The notes beneath the pieces are model-generated. The model did no database searches and had not been told where the DNA came from. It worked only from the letters and a program-made list of their open reading frames with translations. From the NCBI GenBank assembly GCA_963749155.1, contig CAVVLO010000003.1, forward strand, positions 480,001 to 544,000: 64,000 nucleotides of DNA, read 5' to 3'. Below are positions 22,601 to 33,334 of the stretch, in pieces. The stretch's first letter is position 1; each line of letters opens with the position of its first letter. This DNA comes from an uncultured Armatimonadia bacterium. Its GTDB lineage: Bacteria; Armatimonadota; Zipacnadia; CAVVLO01. Made by a program: the position numbers and the translations under genes.

Positions 22601-23427
22601 GTAGCGGGATTGAAAATCAGATGAGAAGGCTCAATCGCAGCCAGTCTGTCCATCAACTCTTGCTGGGTTAGCCAGTTGGCTCCAAACCGACGCAGGGGTT
22701 GCTCCAGCAGGGGACCGCCCAGGGTCATAACATCGCCGCCGCCTTCGAGGAAACGCCTGAAGGCTCGCCCTCCATCGGCCGGGTAGGCTGGGCAACTGGG
22801 TATCACAAGCCCCCAGAAGCGCTCTGTCGTCAGGATGTCAGGATTGGAGACTTCACTTGCCGAAAGCTCGATATGCTCGAGCCCCGCCGCATCGAGACCG
22901 GCGATGAGCTTCCCTGCGAAATCGCCGTCATAACCCGGATAATCGTCATACAACACAGCAAGCAGCTTGCCGGAAATCTGTTTGGGATCCACCTGGCGCG
23001 CCCACTCCTTTGCCTCGGCGACCTGCTTCTCAAACTGGACCGCCTCTTCGTTAGTGATAAGTCTGATCGGGCGCGTGGCCAGTATTCCACCAACGGCCTC
23101 GCGCCAATCGGTACCGAACCACAGAGCAAAAGTTATTGGGTTGCCCTGCTCGATCATCGGCGCGGTGAACTCGACCTGCTGCTCGCCTTTGCCCTTTGCA
23201 TCCACTACCTGCCAGGCCAGCACGTCGTTCGAGGGCACCTTCAACTCAATATGCAAAGGCAGCGCGCCGAAGCTCTCCGGCACGTCCCAGGTGACAGTAA
23301 AGGTAAATTTGGCGCCCTCGACCACTTCGTAGGGCAGGTCAGCGACGCCAGGGGCAGGCTGGTCGGCAGCCAGTGCGACCAGGGGGAGCAAAGCAATAAG
23401 CAGAGTAAGAACGAGTATACGCAACAT
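19662..23427 (-). CDS. Large secreted glycoside hydrolase-like protein (GATase-like + CBM11-like module, C-terminal clan GH-A-like barrel); frameshifted
   Basis: Signal peptide. ORF pieces 21664-23427, 19576-21624 and 19662-19889. Putative acid/base YDLAWEP and nucleophile VMWAEFG motifs. Confidence 0.6.
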
Positions 23428-23496
23428 AAGACGAACCTCCGACAGAACGTTCAGCCGGAGAGTTCGCCAAGGCAGCTTCCTTCCCTGCCGGATTGC

Positions 23497-24054
23497 CTAG
23501 AGCCCGGCGCGTTCGAGCAAAAGCAGGATAACCAGTATCACCAGTCCGACCAGCCCCATCACCAGCCACTCTGGCAGTTTCAGCACTTCCGGCAGCCGCA
23601 CTGGGCCCAGGTAACCGCGTTTTAGAAACTTCTCGCGCAGCCAGGGGAAGCTCCAGGCATAGGCGGCTGAACCAAGCAAGATGCCAGGAATACCGACCAG
23701 TCCCGCATCGAGCGCTCCGTGGCCTGTCCCGGCTACGATTGTGCCAGGGCAATAGCCAAGCAGCGCAAAACCTATCCCGAACAAGGCCGCGCCAGGCACA
23801 GTGCCGCCCAGCAGGAAGGGCTTGATGTGGAAGTCTGCCTGTTTCAGGCCAACGATAACGTGGACCCCGACCATCCCCACCAGCACAGCCGAAAGCATCA
23901 CTTTCAGCACCGTGAAATCTCTCAGCAGCAATTGACCCAGGATGACATCGTAGTAAGCGACGCCACTCTTTTCAAGGAAGATCCCAAACACGAGGCCCGC
24001 CGCAAGGGCGATGAAAGGCTGGATTCGCTTGTTTTGCTGCAGTCTTCTGAACAT
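23497..24054 (-). CDS. YeeE/YedE-family sulfur transport membrane protein (second subunit)
   Basis: Hydrophobic; GLVFGIFL and FGIGFALLGYCPGT. Confidence 0.85.
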   Translation of the reverse strand: MFRRLQQNKRIQPFIALAAGLVFGIFLEKSGVAYYDVILGQLLLRDFTVLKVMLSAVLVGMVGVHVIVGLKQADFHIKPFLLGGTVPGAALFGIGFALLGYCPGTIVAGTGHGALDAGLVGIPGILLGSAAYAWSFPWLREKFLKRGYLGPVRLPEVLKLPEWLVMGLVGLVILVILLLLERAGL

Positions 24055-24057
24055 CGC

Positions 24058-24571
24058 TCAGCCCCCCATCATCAGGAAAGCCGTCAGTATGCCGAAGGCG
24101 AAAAAGAGGAGCACAGCCACCCAACTGCTGAGGGCCAGTTGCATCGTGCCCGAGAGCCCGTGACCGCTGGTGCAGCCATTGGCCCAGCGCGCCCCGTAGC
24201 CCGTGAGGACAGCCCCCCACAAGTCCGACGAAGGCGCGGATTGCTACACTGTCGCAGGCTTCAGTTTTCCATAGTTCCGGCACGAACACCGCGCGGAAGC
24301 TGCCCGAGGCAAGAGAGGAGATCAGCCCGCCCAGAAAGATGCCTGCCACCAGCAGCCAGCCCCAGTCAATTTGGGGCTTTACCTCCTGATAATAAGGCCT
24401 TTCAAGTGTCTTGCTCCCCCGGAAGAGCTTCTCTAGCAGCCCTGCCGTCTTCGCGAAAGCCGTCGAACAGCCCAGATACTCGTTGGAAAGCAGAAAAACA
24501 AGCCAGGAGAGCACGCCCAGGCCTGCTCCGCAGACGTAAGGATTCCAGTGTTCAAGCGCAAGCCACTCCAC
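24058..24571 (-). CDS. YeeE/YedE-family sulfur transport membrane protein; frameshift near 24205
   Basis: WNPYVCGAGLG and GIFLGGLISS; the shifted frame gives GARWANGCTSGHGLSG. Confidence 0.85.
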
Positions 24572-24584
24572 AAGACTACCCTCC

Positions 24585-26021
24585 TTAGCCTGCCACTGGC
24601 GATGCGATGCCCAGATATTGCGGCCCGTGCGGCAGAGCGCAGACGCGACACTCGGGGCCGCGCTTCACAAGCTGATAGGCCGGCACGCCGCCCGCCAGGT
24701 TGAAGAGCTGCCCGAAGCCTCGCTGCTCGAGCAGGCTGCAGCCCAGGCTGCTGCGCTGGCCGCTGCCGCACATCACCACGGTCGGCAGCGTCGGGTCGAG
24801 TTCTGTATACCGGGTGCGAAGCGAGGCAACCGGGATATTAACCGAACCTTCGAGGTGGACACCCGCGAACTCGTTTGGGGTGCGCGTATCCACCAGTTGC
24901 AACTTTTCTCCGGCCTCTTGCAGCCTGATAAGTTCGCGCGGGGCAAGCTGCGTGGTCGAGGTGGTATCCAGCCCGAAGCGCGTCCAGGCGAAAACTCCAC
25001 CCGAGAGATAACCTGTTACGTCGTCCAGGCCCACCCGGCGCAGCCAGACTGTCGCCTCCGAGGCTTGCTCGGGTGAGTCAGCAACCAGCAGCAGTTCTCT
25101 ATCGGGCGGCAGCACCCAGCCCGAGAAGGTCGCAAAGTTCATCCTGAGGTCGATAGAATACGAACCAGGCACGTGCATTCCGCCATAGGCCTCAAAAGGC
25201 CTGGTATCAATCAGCGCAGCCTGGCCGGAGGCGAGTTTTCGCTCCACCACGCGCGGAGAAAGCGGCGCCAGCTCAGGCAGTTCGCTTATCCTCGTCGGTC
25301 CTGCGGTGTTGATGAAGGTACACCTGCCAAAATGGTCGGGCGCCTCGGGCATCCCCGCGAGCAAGGCCGCACTGAAAGCCTCGACGCCCTTCGGCTTGAG
25401 CGCCTGGTTGTAGAGCCGCTCATAGCCAATCGTGCTGCTGCGTTTTGCCCCAAGCGCGCGCCCACAGAGCGACCCTGCGGCGTGGGCCGGATACACCTCG
25501 CAAAAATCCGGCAGCTTGAACAGCTTCTCGGTCAGGCTGACATAAAGCCTGGCAGCCAGTTCTTCGGCCCGCCCTGGGAAAAGGTCCGGCCTGCCGACGT
25601 CACCCACGAACAGGGTGTCTCCACAGAACACCGCCACAGGCTCAGGACCGCGCTCGAGGTCCGAGACGACATAACTTATATGCTCTGGAGTATGGCCTGG
25701 TGTCTCCAGCACCGCTAGCTGGAGCCCGTCCAGCTCGAAGCTATCACCCTCGGCAAGGCCCAGATGCTCGAATTTGCACTCAGCGCTTTTGGGCGCATAG
25801 ACAGGCGCTCCCGTGGCCGCTGCCAGGTCCAGATGACCCGAGACAAAATCCGCGTGCAGGTGGGTCTCGAGAATAGCCGATATTCGATAACCGAGGTTTT
25901 CGGCGGCTTCGAGGTAAATCGAGATATCGCGCCTGGGATCAACGATTGCGCACTCTGTCCGTCCCGCGAGCAGATAGGAACTGTGAGCCAGTTGCGAGGT
26001 ATGAAACTGTTGTATCATCAT
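24585..26021 (-). CDS. MBL-fold persulfide dioxygenase-like protein with two rhodanese domains (CstB/Blh-like)
   Basis: THLHADFVSG, TPGHTPEH, GDTLFVGDVGRPDL and C-terminal rhodanese CGSGQRS. Start placed at MMIQQF after a GGGAGG RBS. Confidence 0.9.
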   Translation of the reverse strand: MMIQQFHTSQLAHSSYLLAGRTECAIVDPRRDISIYLEAAENLGYRISAILETHLHADFVSGHLDLAAATGAPVYAPKSAECKFEHLGLAEGDSFELDGLQLAVLETPGHTPEHISYVVSDLERGPEPVAVFCGDTLFVGDVGRPDLFPGRAEELAARLYVSLTEKLFKLPDFCEVYPAHAAGSLCGRALGAKRSSTIGYERLYNQALKPKGVEAFSAALLAGMPEAPDHFGRCTFINTAGPTRISELPELAPLSPRVVERKLASGQAALIDTRPFEAYGGMHVPGSYSIDLRMNFATFSGWVLPPDRELLLVADSPEQASEATVWLRRVGLDDVTGYLSGGVFAWTRFGLDTTSTTQLAPRELIRLQEAGEKLQLVDTRTPNEFAGVHLEGSVNIPVASLRTRYTELDPTLPTVVMCGSGQRSSLGCSLLEQRGFGQLFNLAGGVPAYQLVKRGPECRVCALPHGPQYLGIASPVAG

Positions 26022-26167
26022 GGTACATCCCTCCCTGATTGGCCGGCTTTTGCCCAAGGCTGGTTTTGTAATCTTCTTTTCGTGCAACTCAATATCCTCT
26101 TTTCGCAGGAGAGAGCCTGCTCCTGGGCGAACTCTCTCGAAGTCGCACCGCACCGGAGGAGCAAGCA

Positions 26168-27076
26168 ATGCCGAAACCTCTGCCCAACCTGTGGGAGTCC
26201 GATCCCGCGACCCTCAGGCTTGGCCTTTGCCAGGTCTACACCCGCCAATGGGATGTGGAAGGCAATTTCGAGCGGGCTCTGGCCTCACTCGAGGAAGCCG
26301 CCCGGCAGGGCGCCGACCTGGCTGTCACTCCCGAATGTGTCATCCACGGTTATGGTTTTGACACGGTAGAGGATTATGAAGCCGAGATGACCCGCGTTGC
26401 AGAGCCACTCGAGGGTCCTCGCCTCTCTCTGGTCCGTCATAAAGCCCGCGAGTTGGGGATTGATGTGTTGTTTGGTTTTGCGGAAGCGGGCGCAGAGGGA
26501 CGTATCCACAACTCCGCGGCCTTCATCAGCCGCGAGGGCGAGATACTCTTCTGCTATCGCAAGGTCCACTGCCGAGATTTCGAGCAGGCAGGCTGCGGGG
26601 GCGTCTTCGTCCCCGGAAGTGACTTCCATGTGGTGGAGCGCAAGTACCGGGGGCACCAGTTCCGCCTCGGAGCGATGATCTGTTTCGACAGGGAGATACC
26701 CGAAACCGTGCGTTGCCTTCGCGCTCTGGGGGCAGAACTGGTCCTTTGCCCACTGGCCTGCAACACGGACCGCCTGACCGAGCCCCTGCACCGCGCGGAT
26801 AATGAGCCGGTGACGCGTGTCCGGGCCGCCGAGAACGAGCTTTTCATTGCTGTAGTCAACCACGCAGGCCGCTTCAATGGCGGCAGCTATGTCCTCGGAC
26901 CATCGGGCGAAGAATTCCTCCAGCTTGGCCCAGATGCCGAGGTGCGTATGATAGAGCTGCCAGTTGGCGCGATAAAACCCTTCTTCCACTCCCAGCCCTG
27001 GGGCTGGATGGGCTGGGGCTTCCGCCGACCCGAGGTCTACCGAAAATACTTGCCTGAAGGCAAGGGGGAATCCTGA
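26168..27076 (+). CDS. Carbon-nitrogen hydrolase (nitrilase superfamily)
   Basis: E-K-C triad: TPEC, YRKVH, ICFD. Confidence 0.9.
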   Translation: MPKPLPNLWESDPATLRLGLCQVYTRQWDVEGNFERALASLEEAARQGADLAVTPECVIHGYGFDTVEDYEAEMTRVAEPLEGPRLSLVRHKARELGIDVLFGFAEAGAEGRIHNSAAFISREGEILFCYRKVHCRDFEQAGCGGVFVPGSDFHVVERKYRGHQFRLGAMICFDREIPETVRCLRALGAELVLCPLACNTDRLTEPLHRADNEPVTRVRAAENELFIAVVNHAGRFNGGSYVLGPSGEEFLQLGPDAEVRMIELPVGAIKPFFHSQPWGWMGWGFRRPEVYRKYLPEGKGES

Positions 27077-28060
27077 TGCAGATGCGCGCGCTGGCCAATG
27101 TGGCTGAAAGAGAAGTCGGCTTCGTGGAGTTGCCCGCTCCGCCCGAGCCGGGCCCTACTCAGATACTTATAGAAACGGCTTATAGCGGCATAACAAACGG
27201 TACAGAGCGCCACTGCCTGGTTGGAGAGTTCGGCGCGCTCAACTTTCCAGCCTTTAACGGGTATCAACAGGTGGGACAGATCGTAGCTTTGGGCGATAAA
27301 GTGCGTGGCTTCGATCAGGGAGACTGGGTCTTCTACGGCCAGTATGTAGGCCATCGCGGCTGGAACCTGGTGGAGGTCGCCTTCAACACTCCAACCGAAA
27401 ATTGCTGGCATAATGTGGTGCAGACTCCCTGGCGCACTGGAGCCCAAATACTGCGGGCTGCTTGGAGTTGCGGGCGTCGCGCTGAGAGCGGTCCGCAGGC
27501 TGCGCGTGGGCCTCGGGCAGAAAGTCTGGGTGGTCGGCGCTGGCCTTATCGGCCAGTTCGCGGCTCAGGCGGCGCGCTGCGCCGGCGCGGAAGTGCTGGT
27601 AAGCGATGTGAATCCCGCCAGACTGAAGCAGGCGATGCTCTGCGGAGCCCGCAGCCTGGTGAACGCCACCGAACAGGACGCCTGGGAGCAGCTTCGCGCG
27701 GCAGGGCCCTTCGATGTGATTATCGACTGCTCCAGCCAGAGGTCGCTGCTTTATGATATCGCCTCCAACGGCCTGATGAAACACGGCACCGTCATCGGCC
27801 TCATCGCGGTCAGGCCCGAGGTGGTCTTCCCCTGGGGTATGCTTCACGGCACCGAAGCCTCAATCGAGGTCTCCTGCCACTTCGGCACTGCGGATGTCGA
27901 GGCGGTAATACATTATCTGGTGACAGGCCAGATGGTTGTTGAGCCCCTGATTACTCATCAACCTCCAGTGGATGAGGCGCCCGCTATCTACCGCCAGCTT
28001 GTGGAAGAACCTGGTTCTCTGCTTGGTGTGGTATTCGACTGGACAGCGGCCAGAAAGTAG
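27076..28060 (+). CDS. MDR-family (zinc-binding-type) dehydrogenase; frameshift near 27420
   Basis: SGITNGTE and GYQQVG in the first frame; VVGAGLIGQ Rossmann motif in the second frame. Confidence 0.85.
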
Positions 28061-28114
28061 TGCCAGTGCAGGAAGCCCGCTGGCCCTGTCGAACCTCTGA
28101 TGATAGCGGGGGGT

Positions 28115-28870
28115 ATGACTGTGAAATACGGTGTAGCCGATTACGGTATGAGCGTCTGGTATGGCGCTCTTTATGACCTGGAACAACGCCTCACCAACCT
28201 GAAACAGATTGGCCTTCAAGGTATCGAGCGGCTGGAAGCTTCCACGGAAGCGCAGCTCCTCGAGAAGGCCGCGATATTCCGCAAGCTGGGAATGGGCTTT
28301 GGCACGGTGCGAGGACCGAATCCCGAGTGCAATTCGCAATGGGCCGCGGCGCTCGGGGTCGAATACCTCTGGGTCCAGGTGCCAGCCAAAGATTTCGACA
28401 CCTTCTGTCGCCAGGCTTGCTATCAAGGCAAAGCGGCAGCCAGATGGGGCCTCAAGGTCGCGCTGCACAACCATCTTAACTCCCCCGTCGAGACTCACGA
28501 GCAGGTGGTAGAGTTCCTGGCGCGTTGTCCTCATATCGGGCTGATACTCGATACTGCGCACCTGGCGGCGGCGGGTGGCAATCCGCTTGCTATCGTGAAG
28601 GAATATCCCGATCGCCTGACCGCAATCCACCTGAAAGACTGGCTGGCTGACGACCCCTCCGCCCCTCCCTTGCCCGCAAAAGGTAGATTCTGCGAACTCG
28701 GAGCCGGCAATATTGGGATGGACAACCTGGCCGTGATGAGAGCTCTGGTAGAGGTCGGCTATGACGGATGGATCTTCATCGAACAGGACTCTCATCTTCA
28801 GGAGCCACTGGAAGATCTGGCCACCAGTTTGAATTATCTTCTACAAGGTGGTTTCAGCCCCGGCCTGTGA
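28115..28870 (+). CDS. Sugar phosphate isomerase/epimerase (IolE-like TIM barrel)
   Basis: LHNH, LDTAH, IHLKD, GYDGWIFIEQD. Confidence 0.85.
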   Translation: MTVKYGVADYGMSVWYGALYDLEQRLTNLKQIGLQGIERLEASTEAQLLEKAAIFRKLGMGFGTVRGPNPECNSQWAAALGVEYLWVQVPAKDFDTFCRQACYQGKAAARWGLKVALHNHLNSPVETHEQVVEFLARCPHIGLILDTAHLAAAGGNPLAIVKEYPDRLTAIHLKDWLADDPSAPPLPAKGRFCELGAGNIGMDNLAVMRALVEVGYDGWIFIEQDSHLQEPLEDLATSLNYLLQGGFSPGL

Positions 28871-30102
28871 TGGAGACTTCTCATGACATCCAGCTTGTAA
28901 GAGCGCTTGCAGAGCGCTATCTGGAGGCCTGCGCCGATCCCGACCAGCAGCGCCGGCGCGAGGTCTGGACGGCCGTCAACAGCCTGGTCCCAGTGCCTCC
29001 TCCGCTTTATATGCGCCTTGGCGTGTGCATCAACGAGGTCATCGACCCGGCAGCCCTCGAGTGTGAATCGCCCTTTTGGCGTCACTTCGAACACTGGTTC
29101 AAAGTGCAGCTCTTTGTCGCCTCGCTCTGGGATGATTCCGTTTTGGAGCCCTGGCTGCCCTTAAGGGCGGTACTTGAGCATTCCGGCTGGGGCGTCCAGG
29201 TAAAGCATATCCCTGCCCCGACACCTGGTGGAAGCTGGATGTATGATCCGCCCCTGAAAACCGAAGCCGACCTCGACAACCTCATCGTGCCGCGCCATTC
29301 AGTCAACGAGGACGCTACCCAGGCCGCTTATGAGCAGCTTGCCGAAGGGGTAGGCGACCTTATTACCATCGAGATAGACCGCAGCCCCGCCTACCAGGTC
29401 TGGACCGCCGACCTCTCCACTGACCTGGCCCATCTGCGCGGGCTGGAACAGATAATGATTGATATGGTTGACAGGCCCGAGTGGCTGCATCGCCTGCTGG
29501 CCTTTATGCGCGATGGGGTGCTGAAAGCTCACCAGGAAGCCGAAGACGCCGGTCACTGGCGCCTTTCCAACCATCAGAACCAGGCAATGCCCTATTGCAA
29601 GGAGCTGGAACCGCCTCAGGCAGGCTCGCCCCCAGTGAATCGGTCGCGTCTTTGGTGCTTCCTGGCCGCTCAGGAACTCACTCTCGTCTCGCCCGCGATG
29701 CATGAGGAGTTTATGTTCAACTATCAAAGGCCCATCCTGGAGAAGTTCGGGCTTGTCTCTTATGGTTGCTGCGAAGACCTGACGCGCAAGATTGCGATGG
29801 TAAAACAGCTTCCCAACCTGCGGCGCATCGCAGTCCCGCCGAGGGCCGATCTGGCGGCCTGCGCAGAGCAGACAGCAGGCGAGTATACGCTGTCCTGGCG
29901 ACCCAATCCCGCCGATACTGTATGCGTTGGCTTCAAGGAAGAGGCCATCCTGAAGCTGCTGCGCAAGGGACTGGAAGAGGGCCAGGGCCATCCAATGGAT
30001 ATCACCTTGAAAGACGTGCAAACAGTGCAAAATCAGCCCTGGCGCCTGCGCCGCTTTGTTGAGTTGGTGCGTCAGGCTGTTGACAGATATTGGAGAGGAT
30101 AA
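28870..30102 (+). CDS. URO-D/methyltransferase-like protein
   Basis: LRGLEQIMIDMVDRPEWLH, VSPAMHEEF, YGCCEDL. Confidence 0.7.
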   Translation: METSHDIQLVRALAERYLEACADPDQQRRREVWTAVNSLVPVPPPLYMRLGVCINEVIDPAALECESPFWRHFEHWFKVQLFVASLWDDSVLEPWLPLRAVLEHSGWGVQVKHIPAPTPGGSWMYDPPLKTEADLDNLIVPRHSVNEDATQAAYEQLAEGVGDLITIEIDRSPAYQVWTADLSTDLAHLRGLEQIMIDMVDRPEWLHRLLAFMRDGVLKAHQEAEDAGHWRLSNHQNQAMPYCKELEPPQAGSPPVNRSRLWCFLAAQELTLVSPAMHEEFMFNYQRPILEKFGLVSYGCCEDLTRKIAMVKQLPNLRRIAVPPRADLAACAEQTAGEYTLSWRPNPADTVCVGFKEEAILKLLRKGLEEGQGHPMDITLKDVQTVQNQPWRLRRFVELVRQAVDRYWRG

Positions 30103-30104
30103 AG

Positions 30105-31133
30105 ATGACCTCACGCGAGATCGTGAGAGCCAACCTTGGGCATAATACACCGCCGCGTATCGGCTTCAACTGGCCTGGCAACCGCCTCACCGGCGCCCCT
30201 CGCCTGAACGATATGGCCAGCTTTGGCCTGGGAGGCTCAAAGACCTATGCCCCACGTCGCTGGACAGAGGGCAACCGGGAGTTCTACGACGACCCGTGGG
30301 GCAATCTGTGGGTCCGGATGGTTGGCCGCTCAGCCAAGGGCGAGATCATCGAACCTGCCCTCAAAGACTGGAGCCAGCTCGATTCCTACCAGTTGCCCGA
30401 CTTCGATGATCCGGACCGGTTTGAGCACCTGGCGGGGATCCGGGAGCGAGCTGGCGACAAGTGGCTGATGGCCGGTATGCCTGGTTGGATATTCGATTCC
30501 AGCCGGTATCTGCGCAAGATGGAAGTCTACTTCACCGACCTGCTGCTGTACCGGGAAGAGATCGACGCCCTGCACGAACGCGTCACCGACCTGCTGGTGC
30601 GCGTCATCCACAAATACGCCGAGTTCGAGCCTGACTGTATCTTCTTCGGAGAAGACCTCGGCACCCAGGATCGCCTGCTGATGAGCCCTGCCCTCTGGCG
30701 CGATGTCTTCCGGCCCCACTACCTGCGGCTTGTCGGCGCCGCGCATGAGCATGGCATCGCAGTTTTTATGCACTCTTGCGGCTGCAACTGGGAACTGGTG
30801 CCCGACCTTATAGAGGTCGGTATAGACGCCTTCCAGTTCGACCAGCCTGCCGTGTATGATATGCCCAGGCTGGCCGCGCTGCTCAAGGAGAACGGTCGAG
30901 CCCTCTGGTCGCCTGTGGACATCCAGAAGATACTCCCCACCGGCAACAGGCAGCTTATTGAGGCCGAAGCCCAGAAGATGGTAGACCTCTTCGGGGGCAA
31001 CTATATCTGTATGACCTATGGCGATCTGAACGGCATCGGCGTCGAACCCGAATGGGAAGAATGGGCCTATCAGGCCTTCCTGCGCGCTTCGGGTCTTGAT
31101 CCAGACCAGGTTGCAAAGGAGCTTGCAGGATGA
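30105..31133 (+). CDS. Uroporphyrinogen decarboxylase / MtaA-CmuA-like protein
   Basis: MTSRE start, EDLGTQ, MSPALWR, FMHSCG. Confidence 0.85.
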   Translation: MTSREIVRANLGHNTPPRIGFNWPGNRLTGAPRLNDMASFGLGGSKTYAPRRWTEGNREFYDDPWGNLWVRMVGRSAKGEIIEPALKDWSQLDSYQLPDFDDPDRFEHLAGIRERAGDKWLMAGMPGWIFDSSRYLRKMEVYFTDLLLYREEIDALHERVTDLLVRVIHKYAEFEPDCIFFGEDLGTQDRLLMSPALWRDVFRPHYLRLVGAAHEHGIAVFMHSCGCNWELVPDLIEVGIDAFQFDQPAVYDMPRLAALLKENGRALWSPVDIQKILPTGNRQLIEAEAQKMVDLFGGNYICMTYGDLNGIGVEPEWEEWAYQAFLRASGLDPDQVAKELAG

Positions 31134-32140
31134 GTCAGCCAGGCCTGCTGGAAACCGAGTTCATATATGAAGAGGCGCCTTACCCCTCTTGCCACGCCTC
31201 GACAATTGTCCAGGTGGGCTCCCGACTGCTGGCCTCCTGGTTTGGGGGCACGCACGAGAAGAATCCTGACGTGGGCATCTGGGTCGCCACCTGGAAAGCC
31301 GGAAAATGGGCCACTCCCGAGTGCGTGGCTACCGGCGAAGATCCAGAAACCGGCAAGCCTCTGCCTTGCTGGAATCCAGTGCTTTTCCAGCCCGAGGACG
31401 GCCCGCTTATGCTCTTCTACAAAGTCGGCCCCAACTGCGCCGACTGGTGGGGGATGATGACCACCTCGGACAATGCCGGCAAGACCTGGAAGCCCCCCTC
31501 GCAGCTTCCCAAAGGCGTCTGGGGGCCAATCAAGAACAAACCTGTCGAGCTGGACTCCGGTATGATGGTCTGCCCGTCAAGCACCGAATACTCCGGCTGG
31601 CGCGTCCATTTCGAGCTTTCTCTCGATTTTGGCTCTACCTGGATGGCCGGCAGTCCGATCAACGATGGCGCCGATTTCGCGGCAATCCAGCCCACTATTC
31701 TGAAGTTGCCCCAAAACCGCCTGCTTGCTTTGTGCCGCACCAAGCAAGGGCGCCTTGCCCAGACCCTCTCTGCTGATGAGGGCCTTGGCTGGTCCGAGCT
31801 CAAGAAAAGCTCTCTGCCCAATCCCGACTCCGGCGTCGATGCGGTTACTCTGGCCGATGGGCGGCACCTGTTAGTCTATAATCCAACCGACAGGAAGCCT
31901 GATTCGCTGGGACGCGGTCTGCTTGGGGTTGCCCTCAGTGAGGACGGCTCCAAATGGCGCGCCGCTCTGACACTTGAAAAAGAACCAGGCGAGGAGTTCT
32001 CCTATCCTGCTGTCATCCAGACCAGCGATGGCCTGGTGCATACGACCTATACCTGGAAGCGCCGGCGCATCAAACACGCCGTTATAGACCCGGCGAAGCT
32101 CGAACCACGTGATTTCGGAGCCGGTCACTGGCCTGACTGA
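31130..32140 (+). CDS. Sialidase-like BNR/Asp-box beta-propeller protein
   Basis: SCHAST, Asp-boxes SDNAGKTW, SLDFGSTW, SADEGLGW and SEDGSKW, and FSYP. Confidence 0.85.
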   Translation: MSQPGLLETEFIYEEAPYPSCHASTIVQVGSRLLASWFGGTHEKNPDVGIWVATWKAGKWATPECVATGEDPETGKPLPCWNPVLFQPEDGPLMLFYKVGPNCADWWGMMTTSDNAGKTWKPPSQLPKGVWGPIKNKPVELDSGMMVCPSSTEYSGWRVHFELSLDFGSTWMAGSPINDGADFAAIQPTILKLPQNRLLALCRTKQGRLAQTLSADEGLGWSELKKSSLPNPDSGVDAVTLADGRHLLVYNPTDRKPDSLGRGLLGVALSEDGSKWRAALTLEKEPGEEFSYPAVIQTSDGLVHTTYTWKRRRIKHAVIDPAKLEPRDFGAGHWPD

Positions 32141-32178
32141 CCAGAAGCCCGACTTACAGATTTGTATGGAGGAAGCAG

Positions 32179-33247
32179 ATGGACCCAAACCCAATCAGGA
32201 TCGGCATCGCGGGCATCGGACGCGCGGGCTGGGGGATGCACTGCCCCGAGCTCGAAAACAGGAAGGACCTCTTCCAGTTCGTGGCGGCTTGTGATGTCAT
32301 CCCCGAGCGCAACCAGGCGATGGCCGAGCGCTACGGCTGCAAGACCTACGAACGCATCGAAGACCTCATCGCCGACCCGGACGTGGAGCTTGTAGATATC
32401 GCGACTCGCTCTCTCGACCACTTCAGGCACGCCAAGATGGCGCTCGAAGCCGGGCAAGTATGTCTTCCTCGAGAAGCCTATGTGCACGCGCGGCGCCGAC
32501 GCCCGCGAGCTGAAGCGCCTCTCGGAAGAGCATGGCGGGTTGCTCTTCATCCGCCACAACCGCCGCTACGAGCCTGGCTTCAACCGCGTGGCCGAGCTAA
32601 TCCGCTCGGGCCTCCTGGGCGATGTCTTCCTCATCAAGCTGCGCCGCCTGCACTTCGCCAGGCGCGAAGACTGGCAGACGCTGCTCGAGTTCGGTGGAGG
32701 GCTGCTCAACAACTGGGGCCCGCATATCGTAGACCACGCCTGCCGCCTGATGGACGCCGACATCGTAGATTTGCAGAGCTACCTGGGCAATTACGCGGCC
32801 CTTGGCGATGCGGAAGACCATCTCAAGCTGGTTTTCAAGGGGGCTAACGGGCGCGTCGTGGATATGGAGATAAGCGGCGCGGCGGCCTTCTCACCCGAGC
32901 CGGAGTATATCGTCTGGGGCACACGCGGGGCGCTGACCTGCCACCACGAGCTGACCCTCAAATACATCGATCCTGGTCAGGAATTGCAGGCTCGGGGCGC
33001 CGATCCCGAGACTCCTCCGATGGATATGCCCTTCCACCAGGGGCGCGCGGGCCTGTCCGAGACGCTCAACTGGGTGGAGGAGACCGTCCCCATAGATCCT
33101 GATGGGCGCTGGCGTATGGACGCCATCTGGGATGATCTCTACGGGGCAATCAGGGAGGGCAAGCCCTTCCCCATCACGCTGGAAGAGGCCTGCGGCAATA
33201 TCGAGTGGATCGAGAAAGCCAAAGCAGGCACGCCCTTCGCCCAATAA
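32179..33247 (+). CDS. Gfo/Idh/MocA oxidoreductase; frameshift near 32455
   Basis: IGIAGIGRAG N-terminus, LEKP region and GGGLLNNWGPH. Confidence 0.9.
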
Positions 33248-33271
33248 AGACGTCTTCTCAACTTGAAACAG

Positions 33272-33301
33272 CCAGGGAGGCCCTGCGAAGGGCCTCCCTG
33301 G
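33272..33301. terminator. Hairpin between convergent genes
   Basis: CCAGGGAGGCCCT-GCGA-AGGGCCTCCCTGG perfect stem; homologous hairpin at 36760-36786. Confidence 0.65.
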
Positions 33302-33334
33302 TCTTGTCTTCGTGCACGCGCAAGCCCTGGCCGT

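Noticed and set aside
28870..31133. hemE assignment for URO-D-like genes
   Set aside because: They lack the HemE RQAGR motif and any tetrapyrrole gene context.
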